From a phage, in NCBI GenBank assembly GCA_018093385.1, contig GCA_018093385.1_4808.1: a stretch of DNA of 64,000 nucleotides, one strand, 5' to 3'. Under the pieces are notes generated by a model, which was given only the letters and a program-made list of their open reading frames with translations, ran no database searches and was not told the DNA's origin. A program made the translations under genes and the position numbers. Of this stretch, positions 27,130 through 37,993 are shown piece by piece; the first letter of the stretch is position 1; each line of letters begins with the position of its first letter.

Positions 27130-29310
27130 GTGTCTGACTCATTAGAAAAATTTGTGCTTCAATATACGGTGGACTTGAAAGAGTCCATCAATCGTCTTGA
27201 GCAATTGCAAGATAAAGTTGATCAGACAAACAAAAAGGCGAAATCCGCTGGAAAAGATTTCTCTGGAGCATTCAAAGATGTTTTTGGCGAGCTAAAGCCG
27301 CTTACTGGTGAGCTAGGGTCAATTGACGGAATACTTGCGCGGCTGACATATCGTTTTGCCGCGCTTGTTCCTGTGGTAGCAGGATTGGCTGTCGTCGTCA
27401 AATCCATCGTTGATGTTCGAAAAGAATACGAAGCGCAAAGAAAGCTTGGTTTTGAAGCCGGACTGTCTCCAATGGGTGTCGAACAACTACAACGACAGTT
27501 GAATGAAAGTTCAGGTGGCATCCTTGGCGCACAGGGGTCGCGCGATTTAATCAGCAAAGCTTCTAATCTGGCATTCAATGCATACACCAACCCCGATGTG
27601 ATGAACAAGGACAACTTGTTGTTGAACAAGATGGGGACAAGTCCTTTCAACAGTAACGGCGGCATCAAAGACACGAATCAGCTGCTTGATGAAATTGGAA
27701 CAAAGCTGAGAAGTGTTAATGAGCAAACCGCTCGTGCCATTGGTGCTTTGGCAGGATTCACGGCTGATGAAGTCCGCGCCCTTCGTGAGCGCAACCAGTC
27801 TGTGAAAGAAAGCACCCGTATAAGCGACGAAGAAACCGCGAAGCTGCAAAGACAGCAAGCTGCTCTTGAGACTATACGAAATAGTATGGGGCAAATTCAA
27901 GAAGATTGGCGGCGTATTGAGTTGGTAATTGGTGAAAATGTCATGCCTGCATTCTCGACTCTTGTCAGCAAAACTGCTGATACAGTCGAAGGATTCCAGA
28001 TGATGTTTCAGAGAATGTCTGACGGATGGAGCGAATTTGTCGACAACTTCATCGCTGACTTGAAACATCCGTTTGACAAGCAGGCCGCTGTCAACGAACG
28101 TCACGAAAGAGCGGTTGACCGATGGATCACCCAAATGGCTGATGGCGATGTTAAACGCCAAAGGAATCAAGAACAGAACGCTGCTGAACAACGTTCTGCA
28201 CAGGCTCTTTTTACTCGTGATATAAATCTTTTTTCAAGTGCTGTGTCAACCTTTGCTGGCGTGATTGATGAGCGTCAAGCTTGGGCGGCATGGGCAGGTG
28301 AAATCGGGCGCAGCGCAGGGCAATCCGCGATGCCTGGAACACCAGCATTGAATACTGGCGCGACCGTAGGGAATAATCTTGGGTCAGGGAATCCGACAGC
28401 ATATGACTCAATATATGAGGAAGCTTCAAAACGCTATGGCATACCTGTAGCGATGATGAAGGCTGTAACTGAAGTCGAATCTGGATTCAATCCAAATGCT
28501 GTGAGCGGAGCAGGCGCGACTGGTTTGATGCAAATCATGCCTTCTAACTTCAAGGGTCTTGGAATAACAGATGGTAATGATCCTCGACAAAACATTATGG
28601 GCGGCGCTCAACTTTTGAAAGAGTATCTTAACGCCGCCAACGGCGATTGGAATCTTGCGCTGACGATGTATCACGGCGGCTACGACCGAAGCGGCTGGGG
28701 CAAGAACACACGCGCGTATCCTGGAAAGGTGATGGCCGCTCTCGACCGACAATCCAATGGCGAGTATGCCACGGCAGCGCCGCAAGGTGCACCAGTTACT
28801 CCAGTACTTAGCGGTAGCGGAGCGGAAGCGCCAAAGGGCCGTTATGCACCAGTACAAGGTCAATCGCGCCAAACGGTGCAATACAGGCAATTGCAAGAAG
28901 CCATTGCAGGATACCTGAACGTACCAGTTGAGCAGTTGATGCAGGGACAAGTCAACAAAGGTGATATTGACTTTGCTCAAACTTACCTTAAGCTTGGCAC
29001 GCAAAGGGATTATATTAAAAACATGCAACTGGCTTCAACTCCAGGTGTAAGACCGAACATTCAAGCCGAAGCTATGAAAAACGCTCGTCTTGCTGCATTC
29101 CAACTTGAAGCATTTCAGAAATACGGCGGCGACCTTTCCGCGAATAGTCGACCTGGTGGGCGTGATATTACTATGGGTCAGAAAAACGTTGTCATCAACG
29201 TCAACGGCGCTCAAGACCCACGCAGCACGGCATTCGAAACGAAACGAGTGCTTGAACAAGATGATATAAACGACATAAACAACCTTACTGCTACACCTTT
29301 GAAGTGGTGA
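27130..29310 (+). CDS. Tail tape measure protein with lytic transglycosylase (SLT) domain (GTG start)
   Basis: Coiled-coil-rich N-half; SLT motif TEVESGFNPNAVSGAGATGLMQIMPSNF. Confidence 0.75.
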   Translation: MSDSLEKFVLQYTVDLKESINRLEQLQDKVDQTNKKAKSAGKDFSGAFKDVFGELKPLTGELGSIDGILARLTYRFAALVPVVAGLAVVVKSIVDVRKEYEAQRKLGFEAGLSPMGVEQLQRQLNESSGGILGAQGSRDLISKASNLAFNAYTNPDVMNKDNLLLNKMGTSPFNSNGGIKDTNQLLDEIGTKLRSVNEQTARAIGALAGFTADEVRALRERNQSVKESTRISDEETAKLQRQQAALETIRNSMGQIQEDWRRIELVIGENVMPAFSTLVSKTADTVEGFQMMFQRMSDGWSEFVDNFIADLKHPFDKQAAVNERHERAVDRWITQMADGDVKRQRNQEQNAAEQRSAQALFTRDINLFSSAVSTFAGVIDERQAWAAWAGEIGRSAGQSAMPGTPALNTGATVGNNLGSGNPTAYDSIYEEASKRYGIPVAMMKAVTEVESGFNPNAVSGAGATGLMQIMPSNFKGLGITDGNDPRQNIMGGAQLLKEYLNAANGDWNLALTMYHGGYDRSGWGKNTRAYPGKVMAALDRQSNGEYATAAPQGAPVTPVLSGSGAEAPKGRYAPVQGQSRQTVQYRQLQEAIAGYLNVPVEQLMQGQVNKGDIDFAQTYLKLGTQRDYIKNMQLASTPGVRPNIQAEAMKNARLAAFQLEAFQKYGGDLSANSRPGGRDITMGQKNVVINVNGAQDPRSTAFETKRVLEQDDINDINNLTATPLKW

Positions 29311-29314
29311 TAAT

Positions 29315-30187
29315 TTGAAAAAGAGAATCCTTAAAGTCACCTTATCTATGCCGGATGGCACAAGCCAAGTGCTTGATGAAGGATTGATGCTTAGATGCCG
29401 AATCAAAAAGGCAGCACTTTCCGTGCAAAATAAGGCCACAATCGAAGTCGCAGGATTGACAGGGTACTTGAGAGAGTACCTGCTTTCCAACTTCACCGCA
29501 TTCAACAAACGTCTGCGTGATCAAGGCCAATTGGCGGCGAATTATGTCAACGTAACAATTGAAGCTGGATATAGAGAAGGCAACGTTGTTAGTAGCAACT
29601 TAGTCTACAAGGGGCAAGTCACAACGGTCGAGATAACAGCGCCGCCGCCGAACATCGTCATACGCATCACTTGCTACACCAACCAGATAAACAGGACTAA
29701 GTTTATCACTCAAGCTGCACCGTCAAACCCAACATTCAAAGAGTTTGTGGAGTGGTCGGCAAAGCAAATGGATATTGATACTGTTATATGCGATACTTCG
29801 ATTAACAATCAGCGCCTTGTTAACCCAGGCCGCACAACATATGTTGCAGCCGCCTTGCTGCTTGAGATTCAGAACTATCAAAGGAACTCTATTGCGGCAT
29901 ATATCGATGATGATACGCTCATCGTCAAGGATAAAGACAAAATTCTGAATCCAGAACAGATAACGGTGATTGAGGAATTTGTCGGAATACCGATGTGGAA
30001 CGAGTGGGGCGCTGACTTCACTTGCATGTATAACGCGGATTTGAAGCTTGCCCAAGGTGTGAAATTCAAATCAGTCTTAAACCCAAGCTTGAACGACACC
30101 ACATTTGTCATCATGCAACTTGAATATGATTTAGCAAGTCGTGATGATATATTTACGGTGACGGGCGGCGTTGCACCATCGGCCTGA
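29315..30187 (+). CDS. Distal tail/baseplate hub protein (putative; TTG start)
   Basis: Position after tape measure. Confidence 0.35.
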   Translation: MKKRILKVTLSMPDGTSQVLDEGLMLRCRIKKAALSVQNKATIEVAGLTGYLREYLLSNFTAFNKRLRDQGQLAANYVNVTIEAGYREGNVVSSNLVYKGQVTTVEITAPPPNIVIRITCYTNQINRTKFITQAAPSNPTFKEFVEWSAKQMDIDTVICDTSINNQRLVNPGRTTYVAAALLLEIQNYQRNSIAAYIDDDTLIVKDKDKILNPEQITVIEEFVGIPMWNEWGADFTCMYNADLKLAQGVKFKSVLNPSLNDTTFVIMQLEYDLASRDDIFTVTGGVAPSA

Positions 30188-30189
30188 AT

Positions 30190-30711
30190 ATGAGAAAGAA
30201 TAAAGTAATTGAGCTGTTTGGAGTTACTTATGAAATACACCAATTCAGCGCAATAGACGCGTTTGAAATGGTTGATGCGATAAGCATATTAACTCCACTT
30301 GAATTATTAAGTGAATGTCATGTTATTAAATATGACGGAACTAAAGTCAGATTAAACTCTGAGAAGGCCATCAGTGAAGAAGTGAAAAGTGTGCCAAATC
30401 ACTTGCCGCCCAACCTTGTATTGAAAGTTCTAATGGAAGCGGTAAAGAAGCACAATTTTGGATTCCTCAGTGATTGGAAAGGCACTAAGATTCCAAATAG
30501 ATTCTTGGCTGACGTCCCGACCGTAGAGCCTAATTATCTTGAGCCGATGGTTGCAAGCCTAATAAACAATGGTCTTGCTTCGTTAAAAGAATTGGAAGAA
30601 TATTATTCATTGCGTGATGCATTCGCTATGTTTGATGGACTAATAGCAAAATCACTTAATGAAGCCTACTCAAACGAAGCTGCCATTAAAGAATCAAAGT
30701 CAAATCGCTAA
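30190..30711 (+). CDS. Hypothetical tail protein
   Basis: 173 aa. Confidence 0.4.
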   Translation: MRKNKVIELFGVTYEIHQFSAIDAFEMVDAISILTPLELLSECHVIKYDGTKVRLNSEKAISEEVKSVPNHLPPNLVLKVLMEAVKKHNFGFLSDWKGTKIPNRFLADVPTVEPNYLEPMVASLINNGLASLKELEEYYSLRDAFAMFDGLIAKSLNEAYSNEAAIKESKSNR

Positions 30712-30715
30712 AATA

Positions 30716-30744
30716 TTGCTTATAGACTCCTTATAGATTATAAT
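30716..30744 (+). promoter_or_regulatory. Internal promoter TTGCTT-N17-TATAAT before baseplate genes
   Basis: Hexamers followed by AGGAG SD. Confidence 0.4.
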
Positions 30745-30768
30745 TTGTTGATCAGATATAAGGAGTCT

Positions 30769-31497
30769 ATGATGGCAGAGAAGTTAACTCAACTTACAAG
30801 CCCCAACCAAACTGACAAATCAAGTATGTTTGCCGCGCTGCAGGGAATGCTGGACCGTGGCAAGTATACCACTGACGGCATGATTCCTGCACAAGTAATA
30901 TCTTATGACCGCAAACAGAATTTAGCAGTCATAAAGCCTGTTATTCATTTCGTAAGTCTTGATGATAAACCAGTGGAGCGTCAACCTCTGGTGTCAATTC
31001 CTGTATTGGCAATCGGCGGCGGCGGCTTTGTAATCAACTTTCCTTTGAAAGAAGGTGATTTGGGCTGGATATTCGCTGGCGACCGCGAGTTGTCGACATT
31101 CCTTGAAGAATTGAAGCCGACCGCGCCCACCAATGGTCGCGCGAAAACTTTCGCTGATGGACTGTTCATACCGGATGTATTTCGAAAATACACCATAAGC
31201 GGAGAGGATGCAGGCTCAATGGTAATTCAGTCCCTCAGCGGCGCTGTACGAATTGCATTAAGTGATGACTCGATAAACATAACCGCATCAGCTGGGGTAA
31301 ACGTGAAAACACCAATCACCACTATCGACCAACAACTGATAGTGAATGGAAAGGCAACATTCAATGGTGGTATAGAAGGGAAAGAAGGAACGACGGCAAC
31401 GCTTCCGACTGGCACCACAATCGGCGGCACAAATGTATCCACTCACGGGCACATAGGTAACGGACCTGGAAACAGAACTGGGGATATGATAGAATGA
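30769..31497 (+). CDS. Baseplate spike/assembly protein (gpV-like, putative)
   Basis: OB-fold-like N-region; start at ATG after AGGAG (ORF track 30745). Confidence 0.45.
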   Translation: MMAEKLTQLTSPNQTDKSSMFAALQGMLDRGKYTTDGMIPAQVISYDRKQNLAVIKPVIHFVSLDDKPVERQPLVSIPVLAIGGGGFVINFPLKEGDLGWIFAGDRELSTFLEELKPTAPTNGRAKTFADGLFIPDVFRKYTISGEDAGSMVIQSLSGAVRIALSDDSINITASAGVNVKTPITTIDQQLIVNGKATFNGGIEGKEGTTATLPTGTTIGGTNVSTHGHIGNGPGNRTGDMIE

Positions 31498-32765
31498 GTG
31501 CACAATATTCTTACATAGTAAGCACTGGTGTAATAACCATCGACACAGCCGATTTGCTGGCTGACGTTCAAAGTGAATGGATTGAGTCATTAGGGGTCGG
31601 GCTTGACGTTGATGCATCGACACCGCAAGGCACCCTAATCGCGACAGAGACTTTGGCAAGAACTTCAGTCATGAAGAACAACGCCGAGCTGGGAAGTCTC
31701 ATCAACCCTAATTATTCATATGGCGTATACCTTGATGCCATCGCGGCATTGCTTGGTATTGAGCGAACGAAAAACATCAGCACGATGTTGAAAGGAATTA
31801 CCGCAGAAGGAACGCCGCTGTTGGAAATTCCTGCTGGAAGTTTGCTGACGGATTCAAACGGCACATACTGGTATGTTCTTGAAGACGTTCAAATCACTTC
31901 GACTGGCAAGACAAGCAACATGACTCTTGCATCAAAAGATTATGGCTCATTTACTGTTGCCCCTGATGAAGAGTTTACAGTGGTGCAAGGTTATGACGTC
32001 ATCGGATGGTCAAGAACGTATTCAACATCATCAACGACGACTGTGCCAGGGACGCAATACATGGGCGACGGAGCGTTAAAGGCCGCACGCGTTAAGCGTC
32101 TTTACCAGCAGGGCATTGCATCGCTTGGTGCCATTCGCGCTCGCGCCATGTCTGTCGACGGCGTGGAATCTGTGATGGTCGTGGAGAACGACACGGGATT
32201 GCCTGGAACGGTACGCGGCATCACCTTTTCAACGCCTAACGGTGTTTGGGTGTGCGCAAGCGGAACTTTCGATAAGCAAGTTTTTGCTGAGACCATTTTC
32301 AAAGCGAAAATGGGCGGCCAGCCGTGGGACTTTGGTGCTGACAACCAGGGCAATCCAGTCAACTCTCCTGATGGAATAGAAGTTGTCGACGAAGAATCAC
32401 AACTGTCTTATTTTGTGAAGTTCAACACTGCAGTAATATATGACTTGTATGTCGATATTACTGTTTCAAGAGGCACCGCAACCGCCGATGCGGAATCTAT
32501 TATTGCCGCTGTGTTGAATTACGGCAATGGCAATTTTAACGGTGAGCAAGGGTATACAGTAGGTCAATCTCAATCTTCTTTTGAAATTGCTTCAGCAGTG
32601 TCTTGCGAGTATCCAGGCTTGTATATTAAAGATTGCAAAATTGCAGCAGTTAAAAGCGGACAGGCAGCGCCAAATTATCCATCCGATTACGGCAGCGAGT
32701 GGATTGCAAATCCTTGGGATAAGGCGAATACTATGCGCGGCTTCATCAACGTTAAATTTGTGTGA
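31494..32765 (+). CDS. Baseplate J-like protein (putative)
   Basis: 423 aa, position. Confidence 0.45.
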   Translation: MSAQYSYIVSTGVITIDTADLLADVQSEWIESLGVGLDVDASTPQGTLIATETLARTSVMKNNAELGSLINPNYSYGVYLDAIAALLGIERTKNISTMLKGITAEGTPLLEIPAGSLLTDSNGTYWYVLEDVQITSTGKTSNMTLASKDYGSFTVAPDEEFTVVQGYDVIGWSRTYSTSSTTTVPGTQYMGDGALKAARVKRLYQQGIASLGAIRARAMSVDGVESVMVVENDTGLPGTVRGITFSTPNGVWVCASGTFDKQVFAETIFKAKMGGQPWDFGADNQGNPVNSPDGIEVVDEESQLSYFVKFNTAVIYDLYVDITVSRGTATADAESIIAAVLNYGNGNFNGEQGYTVGQSQSSFEIASAVSCEYPGLYIKDCKIAAVKSGQAAPNYPSDYGSEWIANPWDKANTMRGFINVKFV

Positions 32766-32771
32766 GGAACT

Positions 32772-35510
32772 ATGCAAAAGTTTGACACAAACCTGTTGCA
32801 AAACCTTAAGTGGATGCAGAACAATGCACCAAACATTACGTCTTTGGTGCAAAAGAAAAGTGACTGGTATGAAAGATACCAAGATCAGTTTTGGGCTGAC
32901 TGGTACAATAACATTTTTAACATTGACACTTGTGATGCAATGGGCATTTATATTTGGTGCGACATTCTTTGCATACCAAGAGACTTTGTGGACTTAAGCA
33001 ATTATGAGCACAACTGGGCGTTTGGACCGACGCGCGACAACTTTGAAGGTGCGGACAACATCGGCGGCAACTTCTTTGGTGCTGGCGGGAAGGTTGTCAA
33101 GAATATCGAAGAAGCGCGCATACTTCTTAAGCTTCGTTATCTGACGCTTACAAGTGATGGCCGCATCGAAAGTATCAACCGCATGCTTAAGTGGATTTTC
33201 AACCGTGGAGAGGCTTGGGATTACTCTTCATCACGCTACGCATATGTGACCGACAATACTCAAGGCGCGGTGTCTTCGTCTGAATCAACCAATGGCTCAT
33301 TCCTTCTGTACGACTGGCAAGGGTCAACTGAGATTCAGCATGATTATAAGCAGATACTTTTAAGCCATGGCAACAACGCCGGACTGACCATCAGCGGAGT
33401 GTCAGGCACCGTGTCACGGATGGCGCACCCAGATTGGTACTCATGGGGAAATGGTTCCGGCACAGGGCTTGTCGGCGGCGACACCAGACAGTATGGTGGG
33501 CCTGATTACTATGGGCAGTTGTGTGGTGATTACCCAGGCGAGGCCATAGAGAATTTTGCCAACGCAGTAAGGGTCATCAAGACGGCTTCAAGCGGTGAGC
33601 CTGTGTATTCTTTGGCCAATAATCCAAGTGCCAAATCAATTTCGCTTCCTTCGCAGGCTGGCGTCAACGTTTGCTATAGCTTCTACATAAAGGTGCTTTC
33701 TGAAAACGTCGCTTCTGTTTCTGTTACAGAGAATAGTGATGCATCGAGTAATGGAAAGCTGTTTGACCCCGTCACTGGCCAGTTCAACTTGGACCCGTCA
33801 TTGAGCTATTTCATCAAAGGCAAATTCGATGGAGTAAGAAGGGAATCAAACCGTGGTGGCATAAAAGCAATTGGCGGCGATTGGTATCGAATCTGGATTG
33901 TAGAGCAGACGGCAACCGCTGCTTCTGGAGTAAGTACCAGCTTTTCAATAGAGTTGAAGGCGACTGCCGCTGGATCAACTCAAACTCGTGAATTGCCTGA
34001 AGGGTCTGATGCTCTTTTGTTTGGATACTCGATTTGCGTCTGCGACCCTGTTCAGAATCCAAATGGACCTGAGCCTTATTTTTATGGAACGCAAAACCCT
34101 CCTTCTGACGGAACAGCAATCCTGTCTGTAACGGCGGGAACACTCAATAACATCTCCTGTGCAAACGGACCGCTGACGACAAGAAACGGTGTAGTTGGCG
34201 AGTCATTCATGCAACCTGGCTCATCACTTGCATACTCTGGCTCAATCGGCGGCCACCCGTACCCAGGGAACGCCACGCTGATTGCAGAGACTGATGGAAT
34301 CAGACGCTCATGGAACGTTAGCAGGCTGGATGGAGTACCGCCGCCGCCGACCGCCGACTATTACATGGAATACGTCATCGGACCTTATTTCGCCAACAAC
34401 CTGTCTGACAACTTTAAGACGCTAGTTGGTGACAGGAATGAAGGATTCTTGCCAGCAAATGCCGGAATACGCTGGCAGCTTTACCAAGAAGTCGCAGACT
34501 TATCTGATATTGATTTGACTGTCAGCGACATAACAGACACGCGCGTAGGATTTGAAACGGAAGGTGTTGCGTGGATTAACACTGACGGTATCATCAGAGT
34601 TGGCGGCATCAACGAGTGGCCGCTGAACAACTTCAACGGTGTGATACGCCAGCTTGAATCTTTGAAAGGTGTAAACCAGGTCGTCGACGGCGCGCTTGTC
34701 AACGACTATTCAATCTCAAAAGCATCAAGAGATGACTTTGGTCGTGAAATACCACGCGCGGCAATCACTAACTATTGGCGCTACACACAGCCAAATGACG
34801 GTACATCTTTTGGCAATATCATTGAGGATGGCGCAAACACTGTCACAGCGACGCCAATCAGCGGTGTGCCCAACCAGTTCCCATCATTCAAGCTTTCCGC
34901 TACAATAGGGACTGTGCCAACGTCCGGTTATGCACGCGCTGTACTTGCTACTAAATACACTGGCACCCTGACTGGCCCTTTGTCATTTATCGCAATAGTC
35001 AAAAACAACACGGTTAACGGTCAAAAACTTTTTGTAACTGTACCGGATGGGATGGGTGGCTATATCCCTAAATTCTACAACATAGGCGCAGGTGATTTGC
35101 AACGTATCGAAATTGACCTTGCCGCTGAGATTGTTGAAGGCGCTACCTGGGATGGATCAACAGGCGGCATCAGCATCGGTTTGATATCAGGGAAAGACTT
35201 GCCGACCGAAGTTGGTACGACTCTTGAACTTGATATTTTAAGCTTGATGCTTGTGTCTGGTAGTACGATGAATGCGCTTGCAATTTCAACAAGCGAAGAT
35301 TTCGCAAAGAAAACTGCGACTTCTATATACATCAAAAACCCAGGATCACTTGCCACTGGAGTTCAATTGATTGCTTCTAATGGTGATGTTGTAGCAACAG
35401 TAAACTTTCCGAGAAGTGCTGCTGGCGGTTATGTTTCAAGCATGAACATAACTGACTTAACTGGTGATTGGGCATCGACCCTTTTATCAAAAATTAAATA
35501 CATCGTGTAG
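32772..35510 (+). CDS. Large tail/baseplate protein, putative host-specificity component
   Basis: 912 aa, Gly/Ser/Thr/Asn-rich. Confidence 0.5.
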   Translation: MQKFDTNLLQNLKWMQNNAPNITSLVQKKSDWYERYQDQFWADWYNNIFNIDTCDAMGIYIWCDILCIPRDFVDLSNYEHNWAFGPTRDNFEGADNIGGNFFGAGGKVVKNIEEARILLKLRYLTLTSDGRIESINRMLKWIFNRGEAWDYSSSRYAYVTDNTQGAVSSSESTNGSFLLYDWQGSTEIQHDYKQILLSHGNNAGLTISGVSGTVSRMAHPDWYSWGNGSGTGLVGGDTRQYGGPDYYGQLCGDYPGEAIENFANAVRVIKTASSGEPVYSLANNPSAKSISLPSQAGVNVCYSFYIKVLSENVASVSVTENSDASSNGKLFDPVTGQFNLDPSLSYFIKGKFDGVRRESNRGGIKAIGGDWYRIWIVEQTATAASGVSTSFSIELKATAAGSTQTRELPEGSDALLFGYSICVCDPVQNPNGPEPYFYGTQNPPSDGTAILSVTAGTLNNISCANGPLTTRNGVVGESFMQPGSSLAYSGSIGGHPYPGNATLIAETDGIRRSWNVSRLDGVPPPPTADYYMEYVIGPYFANNLSDNFKTLVGDRNEGFLPANAGIRWQLYQEVADLSDIDLTVSDITDTRVGFETEGVAWINTDGIIRVGGINEWPLNNFNGVIRQLESLKGVNQVVDGALVNDYSISKASRDDFGREIPRAAITNYWRYTQPNDGTSFGNIIEDGANTVTATPISGVPNQFPSFKLSATIGTVPTSGYARAVLATKYTGTLTGPLSFIAIVKNNTVNGQKLFVTVPDGMGGYIPKFYNIGAGDLQRIEIDLAAEIVEGATWDGSTGGISIGLISGKDLPTEVGTTLELDILSLMLVSGSTMNALAISTSEDFAKKTATSIYIKNPGSLATGVQLIASNGDVVATVNFPRSAAGGYVSSMNITDLTGDWASTLLSKIKYIV

Positions 35511-35520
35511 AGGAACGGCA

Positions 35521-37308
35521 ATGCCAACACTTATTAACAGACCTTTCGCGCAAAGCGGTGATGTATCCGTGGTGCCGGATGCAAGTCCAAGCGGTTATGT
35601 GAACTTCCAGCGCGGCTACACCCCTGACTATGCACTTGCGCTAGAAGCCGGAAACGTAGCCGCGAAAGCAGTTGAACGTGAGTCGATGAACTGGTTGCTG
35701 AATCTGATCACCGACAACCTTATGTTCATACAGGACCACGGCGCTCAACAGTATTTCTCGTCTGACTTGAAGCCAGATGGATACCCGAAAAATGCCATCG
35801 TTGTCAGCAACTCTGGCACCCCTTCAGCGCCTGAATGGCGCATTTTCCAGAGTGTGGTAGACGGCAACACCAGCGCAGTCCCAGCTAACGGCGAAACGGA
35901 ATCTTGGCAGGAATTGACGCTGCCTAGCGAAGCGAGAAAATATATTCCTATGCCTGCTGGCGGCGATGCGCAAAACCCGTATTTTGTTCGCGGACTGATT
36001 TCAAACTTTGTGGACTTTGATAATATCACGACTTCCACAACTATTGTCATTCAATCTGATGCCGTTGCCGCTCTCTGCTCTAACATCCCGAATGCGGTTG
36101 GTGCGACGAAGGTTGCAGGACGTCTCCAGGTTTGCGCTTGGCAGGTTGATGCGCAGACTTTCGCCCTGCAACAATACACGTCAATGAACGGATATGTTTT
36201 CACCCGCTCTTATACGTCTGGTGCTTGGAGTGCTTGGATTCAAAATGCAACTGTTCAAGACGTGCAAATCGGCACGCCGAATCTTGCATCAGGTAAAGGC
36301 GCACAAGATATAATCCTTACCGTTCCGGCAGGTTATGCATGGCCGCCGTCAGCAGGTAGTCGCCTGACAATTGTCAATGATGTAACGACTACCGGACCTG
36401 TTACCGTGACCATTGGTGCAAACAAAGTTGCAGTCCTTGGATTCGACGGCGGCGAGCTGCCAGCAGGGTCCATCGTCGGCCTTCTTCCTTTTACTATTAT
36501 TTATGACGGCACCGTTTGGCGTCTTCTTCAAGCATTCGGCGCGGCGCAAATCGGTGTCGATGCTAGTGAGCCGCAACAGTTTGTTACAAAGCGCCAACTC
36601 GATGCTTTGGCCGCGAAGTTGATCACTATGGGTGATGTGTTCGAAGTCGGTGAGACTCGATTCTTGACTAATGGCACCAACCCAAATACTAAACTGGGCG
36701 CTTACGGTCAGGTATGGACCAGATTGCCTGATAACATGGTCATCAGGACGTCTGGCACGGCAAGAAACGGTCTTGACACTGGAGGTGCAGACTCTGTTAC
36801 TCTTACTGCCGCCATGCTTCCTCTGCACAATCACAGCGTTAACATAACTACGCGACAAAGTGGTCCATGGTCCAATACCACTGGAGACGCAGGCAACCAT
36901 AACCACACAGGCGATACCAGTCAAAACGGTGCTCACGTGCACGGAATGGATTCGGCAGGCAACCACCACCATGACAGTAGCTGGGGTGAGGCGAATACGA
37001 ATGATGCGCGGTATGGCGTGTATGATGGGACGCACAACAACTTCGGAAGTCGAAAGGGCGGCGACTGGGACAACTATAAATACAACACCTCAACTAACGG
37101 CAACCACGTTCACAATATTCAATCTTCTGGGTCACACACTCATGGGTTGAATATAAATTACGCTGGCAATCACAGCCATGGATATACCCTCCCCGCTCAC
37201 ACTCACGATGTGGTCGGTAACACTGGCGATGCAGGGCAGTCCGTCCCAACGGCTGTTTCAACTCTGCCGCGATATGTCGTCTTGAACGGCTGGTACAGAA
37301 GCGCATAA
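35521..37308 (+). CDS. Tail fibre protein with C-terminal His-x-His repeat region
   Basis: HNHSV, NHNHTGD, HVHG, NHHHD, HVHN, HTHG, NHSHG, HTHD repeats; start after GAGGAA SD. Confidence 0.65.
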   Translation: MPTLINRPFAQSGDVSVVPDASPSGYVNFQRGYTPDYALALEAGNVAAKAVERESMNWLLNLITDNLMFIQDHGAQQYFSSDLKPDGYPKNAIVVSNSGTPSAPEWRIFQSVVDGNTSAVPANGETESWQELTLPSEARKYIPMPAGGDAQNPYFVRGLISNFVDFDNITTSTTIVIQSDAVAALCSNIPNAVGATKVAGRLQVCAWQVDAQTFALQQYTSMNGYVFTRSYTSGAWSAWIQNATVQDVQIGTPNLASGKGAQDIILTVPAGYAWPPSAGSRLTIVNDVTTTGPVTVTIGANKVAVLGFDGGELPAGSIVGLLPFTIIYDGTVWRLLQAFGAAQIGVDASEPQQFVTKRQLDALAAKLITMGDVFEVGETRFLTNGTNPNTKLGAYGQVWTRLPDNMVIRTSGTARNGLDTGGADSVTLTAAMLPLHNHSVNITTRQSGPWSNTTGDAGNHNHTGDTSQNGAHVHGMDSAGNHHHDSSWGEANTNDARYGVYDGTHNNFGSRKGGDWDNYKYNTSTNGNHVHNIQSSGSHTHGLNINYAGNHSHGYTLPAHTHDVVGNTGDAGQSVPTAVSTLPRYVVLNGWYRSA

Positions 37309-37316
37309 GGTGATTT

Positions 37317-37961
37317 ATGATTAATGCAAACGTAATATCTAAAGGGACCGGATGCAGCATGGATGTTGCTGAAAAATGGGTCGACCCCTTCAAGCAGGCT
37401 TGTGAGCACTACGGAATCAAAAGCAAGAATGCCATCGCGGCGCTGCTTGCAAACGTAGGAGTGGAAACAGGCAGTCTGAAGACCTTTGTGGAAAACCTGA
37501 ATTATTCCGCTCAAGGTCTTGCTAATACGTGGCCTAGCCGTTACAGCGCCAGCGGTCGTTTCGGTGGCGCACCAAACTCCTTGGCATTGTCGATTGCCCG
37601 TAAACCAATGGAAATCGCCAATAATACATATGCAAACCGAATGGGAAATGGTTCGGTAGCATCTGGCGACGGTTGGAAGTACCGTGGCCGTGGTGCCATT
37701 CAGCTGACTGGAAAGGACAACTATGCAGAGTATTCAAAGCAATCAGGGTATGACGCATTGAATAACCCTGACATTTTGACTGAGCCGAAATACATTGCTG
37801 ACAGCGCGGCATGGTTCTTCAAGAACAGCGGTTGCATTCCACTTGCCGATGCGGGCGCATTTGATTCGACCGTGAAGCGGATTAACGGGGCCGCGCCAAA
37901 TACGGCTAACCATGGGGATTTGCGACGGAAGCGTTACAAGGGAGCACTAGCAGTTATGTAA
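37317..37961 (+). CDS. Endolysin, glycoside hydrolase family 19-like
   Basis: GWKYRGRGAIQLTGKDNY resembles the GH19 core; AAGGTGA SD. Confidence 0.65.
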   Translation: MINANVISKGTGCSMDVAEKWVDPFKQACEHYGIKSKNAIAALLANVGVETGSLKTFVENLNYSAQGLANTWPSRYSASGRFGGAPNSLALSIARKPMEIANNTYANRMGNGSVASGDGWKYRGRGAIQLTGKDNYAEYSKQSGYDALNNPDILTEPKYIADSAAWFFKNSGCIPLADAGAFDSTVKRINGAAPNTANHGDLRRKRYKGALAVM

Positions 37962-37962
37962 G

Positions 37963-37993
37963 AAAAAGGCCCATATGGGCCTTTGTTTATTTT
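37963..37993. terminator. Bidirectional rho-independent terminator (AAAGGCCC-ATAT-GGGCCTTT, T-run after)
   Basis: Perfect palindrome between convergent genes. Confidence 0.75.

Noticed and set aside
26148-27130. Programmed -1 frameshift in tail assembly chaperone genes upstream of the tape measure gene
   Set aside because: No slippery heptamer such as A-AAA-AAG or G-GGA-AAG seen near the ends of 26148-26708 or 26710-27126
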